From the sequence record NC_104190.1: a DNA stretch of 64,000 nucleotides; one strand, given 5' to 3'. Source of the stretch: Escherichia phage IME178. Positions 1 through 9,596 of the stretch are shown in pieces (the first letter of the stretch is position 1; each line of letters starts with the position of its first letter). The position numbers and the translations under genes were made by a program. The notes under the pieces were generated by a model. That model saw nothing but the letters and a program-made list of their open reading frames with translations, was not told the DNA's origin and did not search any database.

Positions 1-5
1 GCAAA

Positions 6-707
6 TCAAATTTTCATTTTTTCGATCATAGCTGCAACACAATAGCTTTCAACTAAGGCATCAAATGCAGGGTCATGCTTAGCTGGATAGATCCCATAAC
101 GAATAGTGTCCATCTTCTCCATTTTAGCTATTGCCCAGCTAATACCTTCGGTCTCTAGAGCTTTATAACTGTACCCAGCTTGCATCCAGAGATTACGAAG
201 AGATCGAACATTACCCAAATTCCAGAATTTCCACGGAACTACCTCTTCATTAGTTCCAGCATGGAACGTGTTTGCAGAGTAGATAGTCATATCAAACTCT
301 GGACCATTGCCATAATACAAAGCATTTTCGCCTAGAGCCAACTCCATAATATTTTGAGCCATAGAGAAGGCAGCATAGTTTGAGCCAAATTTATTAGTGC
401 AATTATGTTTACCATTTTGGAAGGCAATCAGTTTTGGATTACGTTCTTTCATGGCTTCCATAATGTGGATAGCAGACGGGCTATTTTTAGCTTGATCCAT
501 CCAGAATGCTAGAGTAGATGCTGTAACTTTGGCACCAGAATTAAGCTGATCCTGCACATCCAAAGTAGCAAATACTAAGTCAGGGTCTTTATCAATCCCA
601 TGCATAGCCACAAAAGCGAAAGAAGGCATTACGATATGAGTAGTACCACAATCTCCTGGAGTTCCTAGAGATTCAATATCTAGCATACCAAATGGTTTTA
701 CTTTCAT
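6..707 (-). CDS. putative DEDDh-family 3'-5' exonuclease (DnaQ/RNase T-like)
   Basis: 233-aa ORF; Exo I-like D-I-E in MLDIESLG near N-terminus, C-terminal H-x4-D (HDPAFD); RBS aaaggataag before ATG. Confidence 0.4.
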   Translation of the reverse strand: MKVKPFGMLDIESLGTPGDCGTTHIVMPSFAFVAMHGIDKDPDLVFATLDVQDQLNSGAKVTASTLAFWMDQAKNSPSAIHIMEAMKERNPKLIAFQNGKHNCTNKFGSNYAAFSMAQNIMELALGENALYYGNGPEFDMTIYSANTFHAGTNEEVVPWKFWNLGNVRSLRNLWMQAGYSYKALETEGISWAIAKMEKMDTIRYGIYPAKHDPAFDALVESYCVAAMIEKMKI

Positions 708-735
708 AACTTATCCTTTATTGTGTAGAAAACTA

Positions 736-972
736 TTAAAGAGCTGTCTCTTTAATAGACTCCCACTTCTTGGGGTCTTTAAAACCAGGAAGCATATCCT
801 CACTGACATCCCAGTTCTCTTCCATAGAGAAGTCGGGCCAGTCATTCCAGCTACCTTCCAGCTCTTCATAACAGGTATCCATTACTTCATGACTAGAAAG
901 TCGTGTATAATCCCTAGCGGACTTATGGGTGCTAGCACGGTTAAAATCATTCTTTGCTACAAAATTACGCAT
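736..972 (-). CDS. hypothetical small acidic Trp-rich protein
   Basis: 78-aa ORF co-oriented with neighbours; RBS ggagaaa 5 nt before ATG; overlapping plus-strand ORF 721..987 judged spurious. Confidence 0.4.
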   Translation of the reverse strand: MRNFVAKNDFNRASTHKSARDYTRLSSHEVMDTCYEELEGSWNDWPDFSMEENWDVSEDMLPGFKDPKKWESIKETAL

Positions 973-980
973 AGTTTCTC

Positions 981-1004
981 CAAATAAGAGGGGCTTTCGC
1001 CCCT
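981..1004 (-). terminator. rho-independent terminator-like hairpin
   Basis: aggggc-tttc-gcccct stem-loop followed on minus strand by cttatttg; lies just downstream of the minus-strand gene ending at 1014. Confidence 0.45.
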
Positions 1005-1013
1005 ATTTATCTA

Positions 1014-1529
1014 TTACTTCGCTTTACGCTTGCGAGCTGGTTTAGCAGATTTACGAGCGGAATCACCCGTGAACTTAATGCCTACACCATAACACAGAGC
1101 ACGAACATTATCTTTACTATACTCTACACCAAAGATATTTGGCTTAACAGAACCAAACTGTCCACGAGTATCACGCAATACATCTGCTGTTGGTTTACGC
1201 TTCTGGTTAACTGCCTTCTCATAGTCTTTCATAGACATACCATTACGAGAGAACAATTCAGCCCCAGCATTGAAGCTCAGGGAAACTGGGACAGATTTAT
1301 GGCCGTAATTTTCTACATACATAACCATTTTGTAGGATTTACGGGTGGCATTTTTAGCTTTAGGCTTCTTACGAATCGGAGCCGGATTATTCAGTGCTTG
1401 CGCAGCCTGAGCATCGGTAGGATGCTTACGCAGGTGACGTTCCAGACGAGCTTTGCGATTAGCCTCGGTCTGCGGGAAAGTTTTAACTGCCGGAGCTGCT
1501 TGAGTTTTTGCGTTTTTCTGCTTAGCCAT
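1014..1529 (-). CDS. hypothetical lysine/arginine-rich basic protein
   Basis: 171-aa ORF, K/R-rich N- and C-termini (possible nucleic-acid binding); no recognisable catalytic motif. Confidence 0.5.
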   Translation of the reverse strand: MAKQKNAKTQAAPAVKTFPQTEANRKARLERHLRKHPTDAQAAQALNNPAPIRKKPKAKNATRKSYKMVMYVENYGHKSVPVSLSFNAGAELFSRNGMSMKDYEKAVNQKRKPTADVLRDTRGQFGSVKPNIFGVEYSKDNVRALCYGVGIKFTGDSARKSAKPARKRKAK

Positions 1530-1612
1530 TATTTATTTTCCTTTTTGTTTATCAATTTATGAAATATATTATACGAGAATTTGAAACGTTTAGCAAATGA
1601 ATTTTTTAAAAA

Positions 1613-1891
1613 TTATCTACCAACCATCTTAGCTTGTTCAGCATCTGAGACATATTGATACGCTCCTTTATTATACGCCGGAGCAGTACACATTTTCTTA
1701 CGCTCAATCTCTTCTTGAGCTTTTCTTTCGCGTTCAGCTAATTCTTCGTCCAGATAAACTAAACGTTGTTCTGGAGGGGGTGGAAGACGTGTTTCTGGCT
1801 CACCAATATTAGCCTTTCTTATTTGACGAGGTGATTGTGCACGTTTTCTCAATGGTTTAAATCCTAGTGAATTTGAGTTATAAATTCGCAT
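1613..1891 (-). CDS. hypothetical protein
   Basis: 92-aa ORF; RBS gaggaggg before ATG. Confidence 0.45.
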   Translation of the reverse strand: MRIYNSNSLGFKPLRKRAQSPRQIRKANIGEPETRLPPPPEQRLVYLDEELAERERKAQEEIERKKMCTAPAYNKGAYQYVSDAEQAKMVGR

Positions 1892-1967
1892 AAAGCCCTC
1901 CTCACTTTCAATACGAATATTATACTAAATTAGAGGGCTTTAAGCAAGAAAATTTTTAATTTATTTA

Positions 1968-2444
1968 TCACATCTCAGCCATTTCAGCTTCAGTAATAAC
2001 TGTATTACATAAGGCATCTACAGCTTCATTACCACTGATACCAGAATGTCCTTTAACCTTAATAAAGGTAGGGTTAGTATTATGAAAGTTGATATACTGC
2101 TGTGTTAATTTAAATGCTTCCTGCCAAAGTTCTAGATTAAGAGGGACTTCACCATCTGCTTTCTTCCAACCTTTCCTTTGCCAAGAAAACATCCAACTTT
2201 CCATACCATTTTTGCAATAAGCAGAGTCAGTATATATAGCAATTGGTCTATTATCTTTTTTAACAGACCAACGTAGGGCTTCTACGATAGCTGTGAGTTC
2301 CATCTCATTATTTGTAGTTTTAGGATTATAACCAGATTTAGAACCTAAACGATCGTCGTTATCATCATAGACAATAAAACCCCAAGCACCTGGACCTGGA
2401 TTAGACTTACAAGCACCATCTGTGTAAATGTGGAAAACCGACAT
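1968..2444 (-). CDS. rnh: ribonuclease H (type 1)
   Basis: N-terminal YTDGACKSNPGPGAWG matches the RNase HI DGxxxxNPGxGGWG signature; 158 aa. Confidence 0.85.
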   Translation of the reverse strand: MSVFHIYTDGACKSNPGPGAWGFIVYDDNDDRLGSKSGYNPKTTNNEMELTAIVEALRWSVKKDNRPIAIYTDSAYCKNGMESWMFSWQRKGWKKADGEVPLNLELWQEAFKLTQQYINFHNTNPTFIKVKGHSGISGNEAVDALCNTVITEAEMAEM

Positions 2445-2707
2445 TATTTTTCACCTTCTGTTACAACTCTAGTTTTTGGCGGAATTGGAGGCATTGGTGG
2501 AACTCTTGGGTACTTTCTTTGTGGACCATTTGATGCTAAAGACGGCTCAGGAGGCTTAGGTTTTATAGCCTCTAATTCCCTATCCAAGAATTCCTCTATT
2601 GCTCTATCTACAAAGTAGTCATAAGGTAAATGATAGTATTCTGATAGAGTAAGAAGTTTGTGTTCTTGCCTTTCTGTTAAATAAATTTTCTTTCTAAAGA
2701 GTCCCAT
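2444..2707 (-). CDS. putative ribbon-helix-helix DNA-binding protein with Pro-rich tail
   Basis: 87 aa; N-terminal beta-strand/two-helix pattern (KKIYLTERQEHKLLTLSEYYHLPYDYFVDRAIEEFL); stop overlaps rnh start (TAATG). Confidence 0.4.
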   Translation of the reverse strand: MGLFRKKIYLTERQEHKLLTLSEYYHLPYDYFVDRAIEEFLDRELEAIKPKPPEPSLASNGPQRKYPRVPPMPPIPPKTRVVTEGEK

Positions 2708-2769
2708 ATGTGTACCTCCAATTTATAAAATATATTATATTTAAATTTCACTAAATAAGCAAATGAAAT

Positions 2770-2795
2770 TTAAATATAATAGCCCCGAAGGGGCT
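2770..2795 (-). terminator. rho-independent terminator
   Basis: agcccc-gaa-ggggct hairpin followed by T-rich tract on minus strand, immediately downstream of gene ending at 2803. Confidence 0.5.
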
Positions 2796-2802
2796 ATTTG
2801 AG

Positions 2803-3156
2803 CTAAATTATAATTAAGATTATGAGAGCATAGGTTAAGTAATGGAGTAACTGATCAAATCCTAAAGCTATCCAAAACCTGGAATCACTTATATCGTATT
2901 TACAACATTGTGCTTTCCAGTAATCTATGATAAAGTGTAGGATTAATTCCATTATAACTAAAGTTATAGCCATTCCTAGTGATGTGAACATAGTAAGGAT
3001 TATAAAGGTTAATCCAGCATGTACTAGAGAATGAGTTAGTAATGGAAGTTTCCATCCTATTTTGTGAGTCTTCCTTAACATGTATGGGGTTTGGAGGGGA
3101 TAATCAGCCATAAAATGTTTTAGGAAGAATATAACAAATAATAATATTGTAAACAT
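2803..3156 (-). CDS. hypothetical integral membrane protein
   Basis: 117 aa, several hydrophobic helix-length segments. Confidence 0.5.
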   Translation of the reverse strand: MFTILLFVIFFLKHFMADYPLQTPYMLRKTHKIGWKLPLLTHSLVHAGLTFIILTMFTSLGMAITLVIMELILHFIIDYWKAQCCKYDISDSRFWIALGFDQLLHYLTYALIILIII

Positions 3157-3159
3157 ATA

Positions 3160-4014
3160 TTATACCGTAAAGGGGTATGCAATAGCGGGGTGATGTTCGT
3201 AACCACGAACAGTAAAATCATCCTTACTTACCCAGATCAATACATCCTCTAGAGTTCGGATATTTGGGTTGATTTCTAGAGTAGGAGGTGCAAAAGGTTC
3301 ACGATCGAATTGCTTATGCTCCATCAAAACATTATACTGATCCTCATAGATATGAAGATTGATAATCTTCTGGCGTGCAATTCCTGGTTTAAGGCCTGTA
3401 ATCTGTGCCATTAATGCTAGAAGCGTATAGCACTGAACCATGTTAAATACTTGGCCTAGCAGGAAGTCATTAGATCTCTGGAAAGAGTTCAGGTATAATG
3501 TATCTCCCAAAATAGAGAACTGATGAGTGTGCATACATGGACGTAAGCAACCCTTTGAGAACTCCCCCGGATTCCAGAACGTTAGAATTTCCCCACGATC
3601 ATCAATGCCCTTCTTCAGGTTATGGTAAATCTTGGCTAGCTGGTCAAACATAAGACCATCGGAATTAGTCCACTGACGTCCTTGAACACCATAGACTCGT
3701 CCCATATCATCCTCACCTTTACGGTATGGATTGTCTAGCCAAGCTAAGTTTTCATTTGCATTAGCATTCCATGTGTTAACACCAATAGCGCGGAATTGTG
3801 CTGCTGAATCATACCCACGTAGATACCCAATCATTTCCATTATTGCTTGTTTTGCAAACGCCTTACGGGTAGTAATAAGTGGAAATTCACCTGCACCTAC
3901 GTTAAAAGTAAAATCTGCGTCAATAATGGTGAGGCAACGAACCCCTGTTCTAGGATTCGTTACCCACTGACCTTCTGATAGAATACGTTTTCCAACTTCG
4001 ATATACTGATTCAT
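3160..4014 (-). CDS. thyA: thymidylate synthase
   Basis: 284 aa; ThyA-like N-terminus ([12 protein letters not shown]...) and conserved core segments. Confidence 0.9.
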   Translation of the reverse strand: MNQYIEVGKRILSEGQWVTNPRTGVRCLTIIDADFTFNVGAGEFPLITTRKAFAKQAIMEMIGYLRGYDSAAQFRAIGVNTWNANANENLAWLDNPYRKGEDDMGRVYGVQGRQWTNSDGLMFDQLAKIYHNLKKGIDDRGEILTFWNPGEFSKGCLRPCMHTHQFSILGDTLYLNSFQRSNDFLLGQVFNMVQCYTLLALMAQITGLKPGIARQKIINLHIYEDQYNVLMEHKQFDREPFAPPTLEINPNIRTLEDVLIWVSKDDFTVRGYEHHPAIAYPFTV

Positions 4015-4547
4015 TAATAAGTAACCAATTCCTGTACAAATCGCAGGCTGTTATCACTGTTTGCGCCAGTTGCGTAAACTAAACGAGTAGATTCATAATT
4101 GTAATCTAGAATCGTATTATCCAGATGTACATCTGCCTCTAGTTTTTGATTACTAAAGATTGTGGATACGAAAGCACTTTCAATATGTCCATGAATATAC
4201 ATTTCATACAGTAATGTTGCGCCACCTAAAACCACTGTCTGTTGATCTTTTAAGAATGTAGGCAATGTATCCCCAATCTTAGAAATTGGGGTGTAAATAT
4301 CATGCGTAATATCGTCTGGCAGTGGACGATCAGCACGAATAAATAGGTCAGAAGCTCCAATCATACGTTCCCTAACGGCGTATGGAAGAGCTAAATAAGT
4401 ACCAGCACCAATGATGATGTTATCCGGATTCAACATGTCCAGTTGAGAATAGAAAGCATCTAGTTCTTCTTTGAAGGAACCCCATGGAAGTTTACCGTGG
4501 AGGCCGAACTCCCCATTCGGCCCAACTGCATACATTGCTGTAATCAT
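4014..4547 (-). CDS. frd: dihydrofolate reductase
   Basis: 177 aa; [19 protein letters not shown] resembles DHFR lPW...D..F motif; located between thyA and nrdB as in T5-family phages. Confidence 0.75.
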   Translation of the reverse strand: MITAMYAVGPNGEFGLHGKLPWGSFKEELDAFYSQLDMLNPDNIIIGAGTYLALPYAVRERMIGASDLFIRADRPLPDDITHDIYTPISKIGDTLPTFLKDQQTVVLGGATLLYEMYIHGHIESAFVSTIFSNQKLEADVHLDNTILDYNYESTRLVYATGANSDNSLRFVQELVTY

Positions 4548-5689
4548 AAGAAATCTCCAAATTCATTACCCAGATCTTTCAGAGTATCAGTAGAGGTTTC
4601 GGTGACTTGACCTACACGATATGCTGCACCAATCTGGATTTCTTGTGGAGCAGGCTGTAAAGAAGTGGTATCCAACCAGTTCATGATCCACGGAATAGGG
4701 TTTTTGGTGATTACTGGTAAATGACTAGGCCATTCTACACCAATGTGCATAAATGCATTACGCCCCACAAAGTACAGATATTCTTCTAGAAGTTCTGCAT
4801 TCAAGCCAATCAGACTACGACCTTTGAAAATGAAATGACCCCATTCAATTTCAGTTTTCAAAGTTTTCAGGAGCTGTGCTGGTGCTTTAGCCACTGCTTC
4901 ATCTACCAGATCTTTGTCAAATTGCTGAAACATAATCTGGATGATTGCTTTGGACATCTGAGTGTGCAGAGCTTCATCTTTAGCGATTAATTGCAGATTT
5001 TTAGCAATACCTTGCAGAATATCGTTCTCTGCTAATGCAAAGGTACATGCAAAGGATGCGTAAAACTGCATTGCTTCCAGACCATAGATCGCAAAGTAAG
5101 CGTCTAATAGTTTAGCCTGAGTTTCACGTTTAACTTCAGGGAACTCAGTTTCTGGGTATGTATTGTCGCCACGATGATCGCGTACTGCGATGAAATACTG
5201 ACCTAACTGGTACAGTTCATCGAATAGTTCAACAGAATCAGCGATACGTGCGAATGCTTCTTGGTTTTTGGTTACAGAATCAATAAATTCTGCTGGATCA
5301 GTCAGCACATTACGAATAATATTGCTATAAGCACGACTATGTAGGTCTTCAAAATAGCTCCACTGTTTGAGCATACCTTCCAATTCTGGACGACTTACAA
5401 GCGGCATAATAGCCGCTTCAGGGGCACGACTGATAAAGGAATCAGTTTGAGTTTGCCATGCTAAGTTCAGGAGTGTAATTTCCTGAATTTCTCGTGGGAG
5501 ATTAGGCCATTGTTTCTTATCTGCTTCCAGACTGATTTCAGTTTCAGTCCAAAATTGAGAGCGTTGCAGAAGTGCCAGACGTTCTAGTTCTGGGTGTGCT
5601 ACACGTACGTAATCTGCGATACCGAGAGAATCTCCCAGGAAAAGGTCAGCGTTAGTATGATCCCAATTCAGGTTTAGTAAAGTAGTCAT
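4544..5689 (-). CDS. nrdB: ribonucleotide reductase class I small (beta) subunit
   Basis: 381 aa ferritin-like di-iron protein pattern; adjacent to nrdA. Confidence 0.9.
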   Translation of the reverse strand: MTTLLNLNWDHTNADLFLGDSLGIADYVRVAHPELERLALLQRSQFWTETEISLEADKKQWPNLPREIQEITLLNLAWQTQTDSFISRAPEAAIMPLVSRPELEGMLKQWSYFEDLHSRAYSNIIRNVLTDPAEFIDSVTKNQEAFARIADSVELFDELYQLGQYFIAVRDHRGDNTYPETEFPEVKRETQAKLLDAYFAIYGLEAMQFYASFACTFALAENDILQGIAKNLQLIAKDEALHTQMSKAIIQIMFQQFDKDLVDEAVAKAPAQLLKTLKTEIEWGHFIFKGRSLIGLNAELLEEYLYFVGRNAFMHIGVEWPSHLPVITKNPIPWIMNWLDTTSLQPAPQEIQIGAAYRVGQVTETSTDTLKDLGNEFGDFL

Positions 5690-5710
5690 TGATTTTCCTC
5701 TTTCTCACTA

Positions 5711-5739
5711 TTTCAGGAATATTATAGCAAATCTGGTAG
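5711..5739 (-). promoter_or_regulatory. sigma70-type promoter for nrdB (minus strand)
   Basis: minus-strand TTGCTA-17 nt-TATAAT upstream of nrdB start. Confidence 0.45.
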
Positions 5740-5758
5740 CGATTAGCAAGTAAAATTT

Positions 5759-5788
5759 CAAAGAAAAAGGAGACCCGAAGATCTCCTT
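5759..5788 (-). terminator. hairpin with flanking T-tracts (terminator/attenuator) between nrdA and nrdB
   Basis: aaggaga-cccgaaga-tctcctt stem-loop, T-rich on both sides. Confidence 0.4.
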
Positions 5789-5795
5789 GTTTTTA

Positions 5796-8126
5796 TTAAA
5801 TAGTACAACCGCCTGATGCACAACCGGCTGCTTCCTCTCCTGCACCTCCACCATTTGCGGTATTGAAGTTAGCATAATAGAAAGTTTTCCACCCGTATTT
5901 AACAGCAGTCATGAAATCACGAACTACTACTGGGCCAGGAATAACTTCATTCTCAAACTTGGTGTAGTCGTAGTACATATTCGTACTGATAGACTGACTG
6001 AAGAATTTCTGCATAGTTGCTACCCATTTGATCAACTCGATACGATCTACATCATAAGCCAGTTTATAGCTCATTAACGTTTCCCAATCGGTTGCACCCG
6101 GGGCAATTGCAATTACTTTATTTACTGCACTACCCTTGATAGATACAATCTTACGAGGCGGTTCAATAGAGTTAGTAACACCTAACAGAACAGAAGAACT
6201 TTCTCCCGGCATCTGAGCAGTCAGAACAGAGTTACGCATACCGTATTTCAGAATATCTGCACGCAGAGACTCCCAATCCATTTCTAGACCTACGGATACC
6301 AGTTCATCAACAGTTTTCTTATACGTGTCGATTACTAGAATTCCTTTAGATGGTTTAGTACGATCAAACCACTCACATGCGCCCTGTTCTTTAGCCAGGC
6401 GTACAGAGGCTTTATGCAGGAAGTAAGACAGTTTTTCAGCCTCACGGTGAATCCAGTTACGGGCTTCAATACCTTCGTAAGCCAGACCTTCTGCTGCCAT
6501 TGCACCCGCTGCGTTCATCAGGCCAATACCAACATTACGACGTTTCTTAGCCGTATATTCCATAGTTGGGAACGGATAATCCTGAATTTCAATAATTGTG
6601 TCAACAAATTTCAGAAGGATGTAGCAAGTTTTTTCCCACTCAGCCAGAGATTCCATGCGTCCAAGTACAACACCACCTAAGTTACATAGAGATACTTCAC
6701 CAATATCCTCCGGCTTCATTTGATCAAGCTGCTCTTTTGTCTTATACAGCTCTGTAATGTGGTGGAATGGACGTGTAGGCTGAGTAATTTCAACACAAAG
6801 GTTTGTCATACGGATCGGATCAAGGAAGTTACCGTGACGGTTAGATTCCCCAATGTGGTGAGCATACATACGTCCTGTTTCCATCCTGATACGTAGCCAA
6901 GTATCTAGGATTTCTTTTGCAGAGACCCTAGGAGCTGCTGGAACTGTTTTTCCTTCGTGGTCGATCTTTGTAAGAGATGCCACACGTTTCTCCGCTGCCA
7001 CGTAGATTTCTTCAAATTTAGCCTCGTCATCACTATAAAACGCTTCATGAACTTCTGGAGCATAGAAGTATGACATTAGCGTAATATCTTCGTTTTTAAG
7101 ATAACGTTTTAACAAAAGATTGTTAAAGCTCAGAGAATAATCCATCTTATCGATTTTATTCTCATCTGTAGCACGTTGTTGCTTAACCTGCATTAATTGA
7201 ATGATTTCAGGGTCGAAGTATGGATAAGACACTGTAGCAGAACCACCACGAGTTTGCTGGGTATTGGCCTTTACTGAGCGATCAATGTGTCGATAATATG
7301 GCAGTTTTCCGGAATGCGGGAATGCCCCATTTCGCACCGGATCAGCAATTGATCGGCTTTCAAGATGATACCCGATTCCCGCTCTGGCTGCAACCATTTT
7401 GAAGACGATGTGCTCGGCGGTGTCGATTGAATCCAACGTGTCAGTGGAATCCACGAGGCAGCAACTAGCAAATCCACGATCACTAGAGCGCAGACCAACC
7501 AGTGGCGGCGTAGGAACGTTGATTTTGTGGAGTGACATTGCGTTGTAGAGGTCGATTGCATCTAGAATTGTCCAGTTAGGTTGAGATAGCATCGCCATTG
7601 CCATACCCATGTAGGCGAATTGCGGGGTTTCATAAATTTCACCAGTAGCTATATTACGACGGGAATACTTATCAAAGAACTGCTTCAGCCCACCACTAGT
7701 AAAAAGACGGTCACGATCATGGTCGATAACCTGATTCAGAGCTTCAAATTGCTCATCTGTAATCCATGCACTCATATCTTCCCATGCACCTACGCTAACC
7801 ATGTGATCATGGAAGAAGCGTAAAGAAGGTGGTTCGAAAGAATCATAAAGGCGTTTACGCATTTGCGCAAGACGTAATTCCTTTGCTGGCACATCGTATG
7901 CTGGATTATCTTTGATAAGACTTTCAGCAGCTTTAATTAATGCATCCATCAGAGTGTCGGAATCTACAACCCCTTTAGGTAGGGTTTTTTGAGCAGCCAT
8001 AGTAATGGCTGACCAGCTTACATCAACTGTTTTGCAACCATACTCTGCCCAACCATTGAGTTTTTCAGGAGCAAAGTCTTCTACAGTACCGTCACGTTTA
8101 ATTACTTTTTCAATGCGATGGCTCAT
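5796..8126 (-). CDS. nrdA: ribonucleotide reductase class I large (alpha) subunit
   Basis: ATP-cone start (MSHRIEKVIKRDG), C-terminal redox cysteines (CASGGC); start set at ATG 8126 with RBS aaggaaag because the longer ORF to 8231 would read through a terminator hairpin. Confidence 0.9.
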   Translation of the reverse strand: MSHRIEKVIKRDGTVEDFAPEKLNGWAEYGCKTVDVSWSAITMAAQKTLPKGVVDSDTLMDALIKAAESLIKDNPAYDVPAKELRLAQMRKRLYDSFEPPSLRFFHDHMVSVGAWEDMSAWITDEQFEALNQVIDHDRDRLFTSGGLKQFFDKYSRRNIATGEIYETPQFAYMGMAMAMLSQPNWTILDAIDLYNAMSLHKINVPTPPLVGLRSSDRGFASCCLVDSTDTLDSIDTAEHIVFKMVAARAGIGYHLESRSIADPVRNGAFPHSGKLPYYRHIDRSVKANTQQTRGGSATVSYPYFDPEIIQLMQVKQQRATDENKIDKMDYSLSFNNLLLKRYLKNEDITLMSYFYAPEVHEAFYSDDEAKFEEIYVAAEKRVASLTKIDHEGKTVPAAPRVSAKEILDTWLRIRMETGRMYAHHIGESNRHGNFLDPIRMTNLCVEITQPTRPFHHITELYKTKEQLDQMKPEDIGEVSLCNLGGVVLGRMESLAEWEKTCYILLKFVDTIIEIQDYPFPTMEYTAKKRRNVGIGLMNAAGAMAAEGLAYEGIEARNWIHREAEKLSYFLHKASVRLAKEQGACEWFDRTKPSKGILVIDTYKKTVDELVSVGLEMDWESLRADILKYGMRNSVLTAQMPGESSSVLLGVTNSIEPPRKIVSIKGSAVNKVIAIAPGATDWETLMSYKLAYDVDRIELIKWVATMQKFFSQSISTNMYYDYTKFENEVIPGPVVVRDFMTAVKYGWKTFYYANFNTANGGGAGEEAAGCASGGCTI

Positions 8127-8225
8127 TTGGCTTTCCTTTTTATAGTTATCAGGATTTAAGGAATATTCTACTTTATTATCGGTCATTAGGCAAATAAAAT
8201 TTTCTGATAGAAAAGGCCCGAGTAT

Positions 8226-8262
8226 TTTCATACCCAGGCCCTGTATATTACCAGTCTAGCTT
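8226..8262 (-). terminator. rho-independent terminator
   Basis: 11-bp stem (ggcctgggtat / atactcgggcc, two G-U) with GAAA loop followed by TTTTCTATC on minus strand. Confidence 0.5.
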
Positions 8263-8268
8263 TTTAGC

Positions 8269-8490
8269 TTATTCAATTACTTTAGCTCTAGCTACTTCTT
8301 TTAATAGAATATCTATGGAGGTGCTCAGCTCGTTATAATTGAATGGTTTATTTGGATTTGAGGTTACAATTTTCCACGCTAGGGTTGTCTTAGGACTTTC
8401 TTCCCCTTCCTTACGTGTAATCATATTAGCAGCACTCAGTGAAGTACGATGTATTTTAGTTTTACGGCTCAGATGAACGACGTTTCCCAT
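8269..8490 (-). CDS. hypothetical protein
   Basis: 73-aa version starting at ATG 8490 (RBS gaaggtg) immediately after phoH stop; longer 96-aa ORF overlaps phoH. Confidence 0.35.
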   Translation of the reverse strand: MGNVVHLSRKTKIHRTSLSAANMITRKEGEESPKTTLAWKIVTSNPNKPFNYNELSTSIDILLKEVARAKVIE

Positions 8491-8491
8491 A

Positions 8492-9244
8492 TTACACCTT
8501 CCCCATGTCTTTAAAGATGTCATAGAATGCTTTAGACTCAACAGAACGAACGTTATCAATCAATTCGATCATTGAGAATGGGGCATTTTCGTATTTCTCA
8601 TAGACTTCCATAAGGAGTGCTAGACCTGAGTCACCTTTAATGTCTTTCTGAGCTATATCTCCGCAGATAATTAAACGGCAGTCTTGCCCTACACGAGTTA
8701 GAAGACAAATCATTGCCTCAACGGAAATATTCTGAGCTTCATCGACAATTACATAGGAGTTGTTGAAAGTTCTGCCACGAGCATGTTCGACAGCCAAAAA
8801 TTTAATTTTCTGACGTTCGACGTATCCCTTATAGGCATGATCGCCGATGGCCCATTTCATACCATCAGCTATTGGCTCCAACCAAGGCTCTAGCTTTTCT
8901 GCTAGATCACCAGGAAGCATACCAAGAGACTTACCTAGAGGTTCATTAGGACGTACGAGGATCACTTGCTCAATATCTGAGTGAATGTCTACGAGTTCCT
9001 GAGCTGCAAGAACGGACGGGATAAAGGTTTTACCAGTACCTGGCTCACCAATACCCACAGTCACTGTGTTGTTCTTGATCATATTGATATATGATTTTTG
9101 CTCGCGGTTTTTACCTACTAGGGATTTAGCAACTGGGTTAGCGTAATCATTAGAAAAATCAGCCTGAATTACGTTATTCTCATACTTGTTGCCACGCTTT
9201 CTTGAACCATTGCGGTTCTCTCTTTTTTGACGTGCTTTTCCCAT
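8492..9244 (-). CDS. phoH: PhoH-like ATPase
   Basis: Walker A GEPGTGKT, Walker B VIVDEAQN; start set at MGKARQ (RBS aggag). Confidence 0.85.
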   Translation of the reverse strand: MGKARQKRENRNGSRKRGNKYENNVIQADFSNDYANPVAKSLVGKNREQKSYINMIKNNTVTVGIGEPGTGKTFIPSVLAAQELVDIHSDIEQVILVRPNEPLGKSLGMLPGDLAEKLEPWLEPIADGMKWAIGDHAYKGYVERQKIKFLAVEHARGRTFNNSYVIVDEAQNISVEAMICLLTRVGQDCRLIICGDIAQKDIKGDSGLALLMEVYEKYENAPFSMIELIDNVRSVESKAFYDIFKDMGKV

Positions 9245-9538
9245 AAATAACACTCCTATAGTGTACTTCGCTAACAGAGGATCAACAAAAAGATCTTGTT
9301 TATCAACTTACAAATATATTATACCAATATATACAGTAAAAAGCAACTACAATTTTAAATAAGCCTATGATATTGCATTTAAATAAAAAATTTGCTTGCT
9401 TTTAACGTGAGATGTGTGATACTAGATAATCATTTTATATCGCGTGCACGAGTGCGTGATTATACAATTTTTAATAGAAATTGGCAAATAAAATTTTTTG
9501 ACTCAGATCATGTTACAGAACTTTATAGTAAAATATTG

Positions 9539-9567
9539 TTGACATCCGCCCTCGAATGAGTTATAAT
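9539..9567 (+). promoter_or_regulatory. consensus sigma70 promoter for nrdD
   Basis: TTGACA-17 nt-TATAAT, then RBS agaaggagag before ATG 9597. Confidence 0.6.
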
Positions 9568-9596
9568 AGTAGTCTTAGTTAGAGAAGGAGAGTATA

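Noticed and set aside
721-987. 88-aa plus-strand ORF
   Set aside because: Antisense to the better-supported minus-strand ORF 736..972 (which has an RBS) and opposite to the local transcription direction; no RBS.
6414-7823. ORFs 6414..6680 (+), 7271..7561 (-), 7620..7823 (+) inside nrdA
   Set aside because: Fully embedded in the nrdA coding region in other frames or strand; composition typical of frame shadows.
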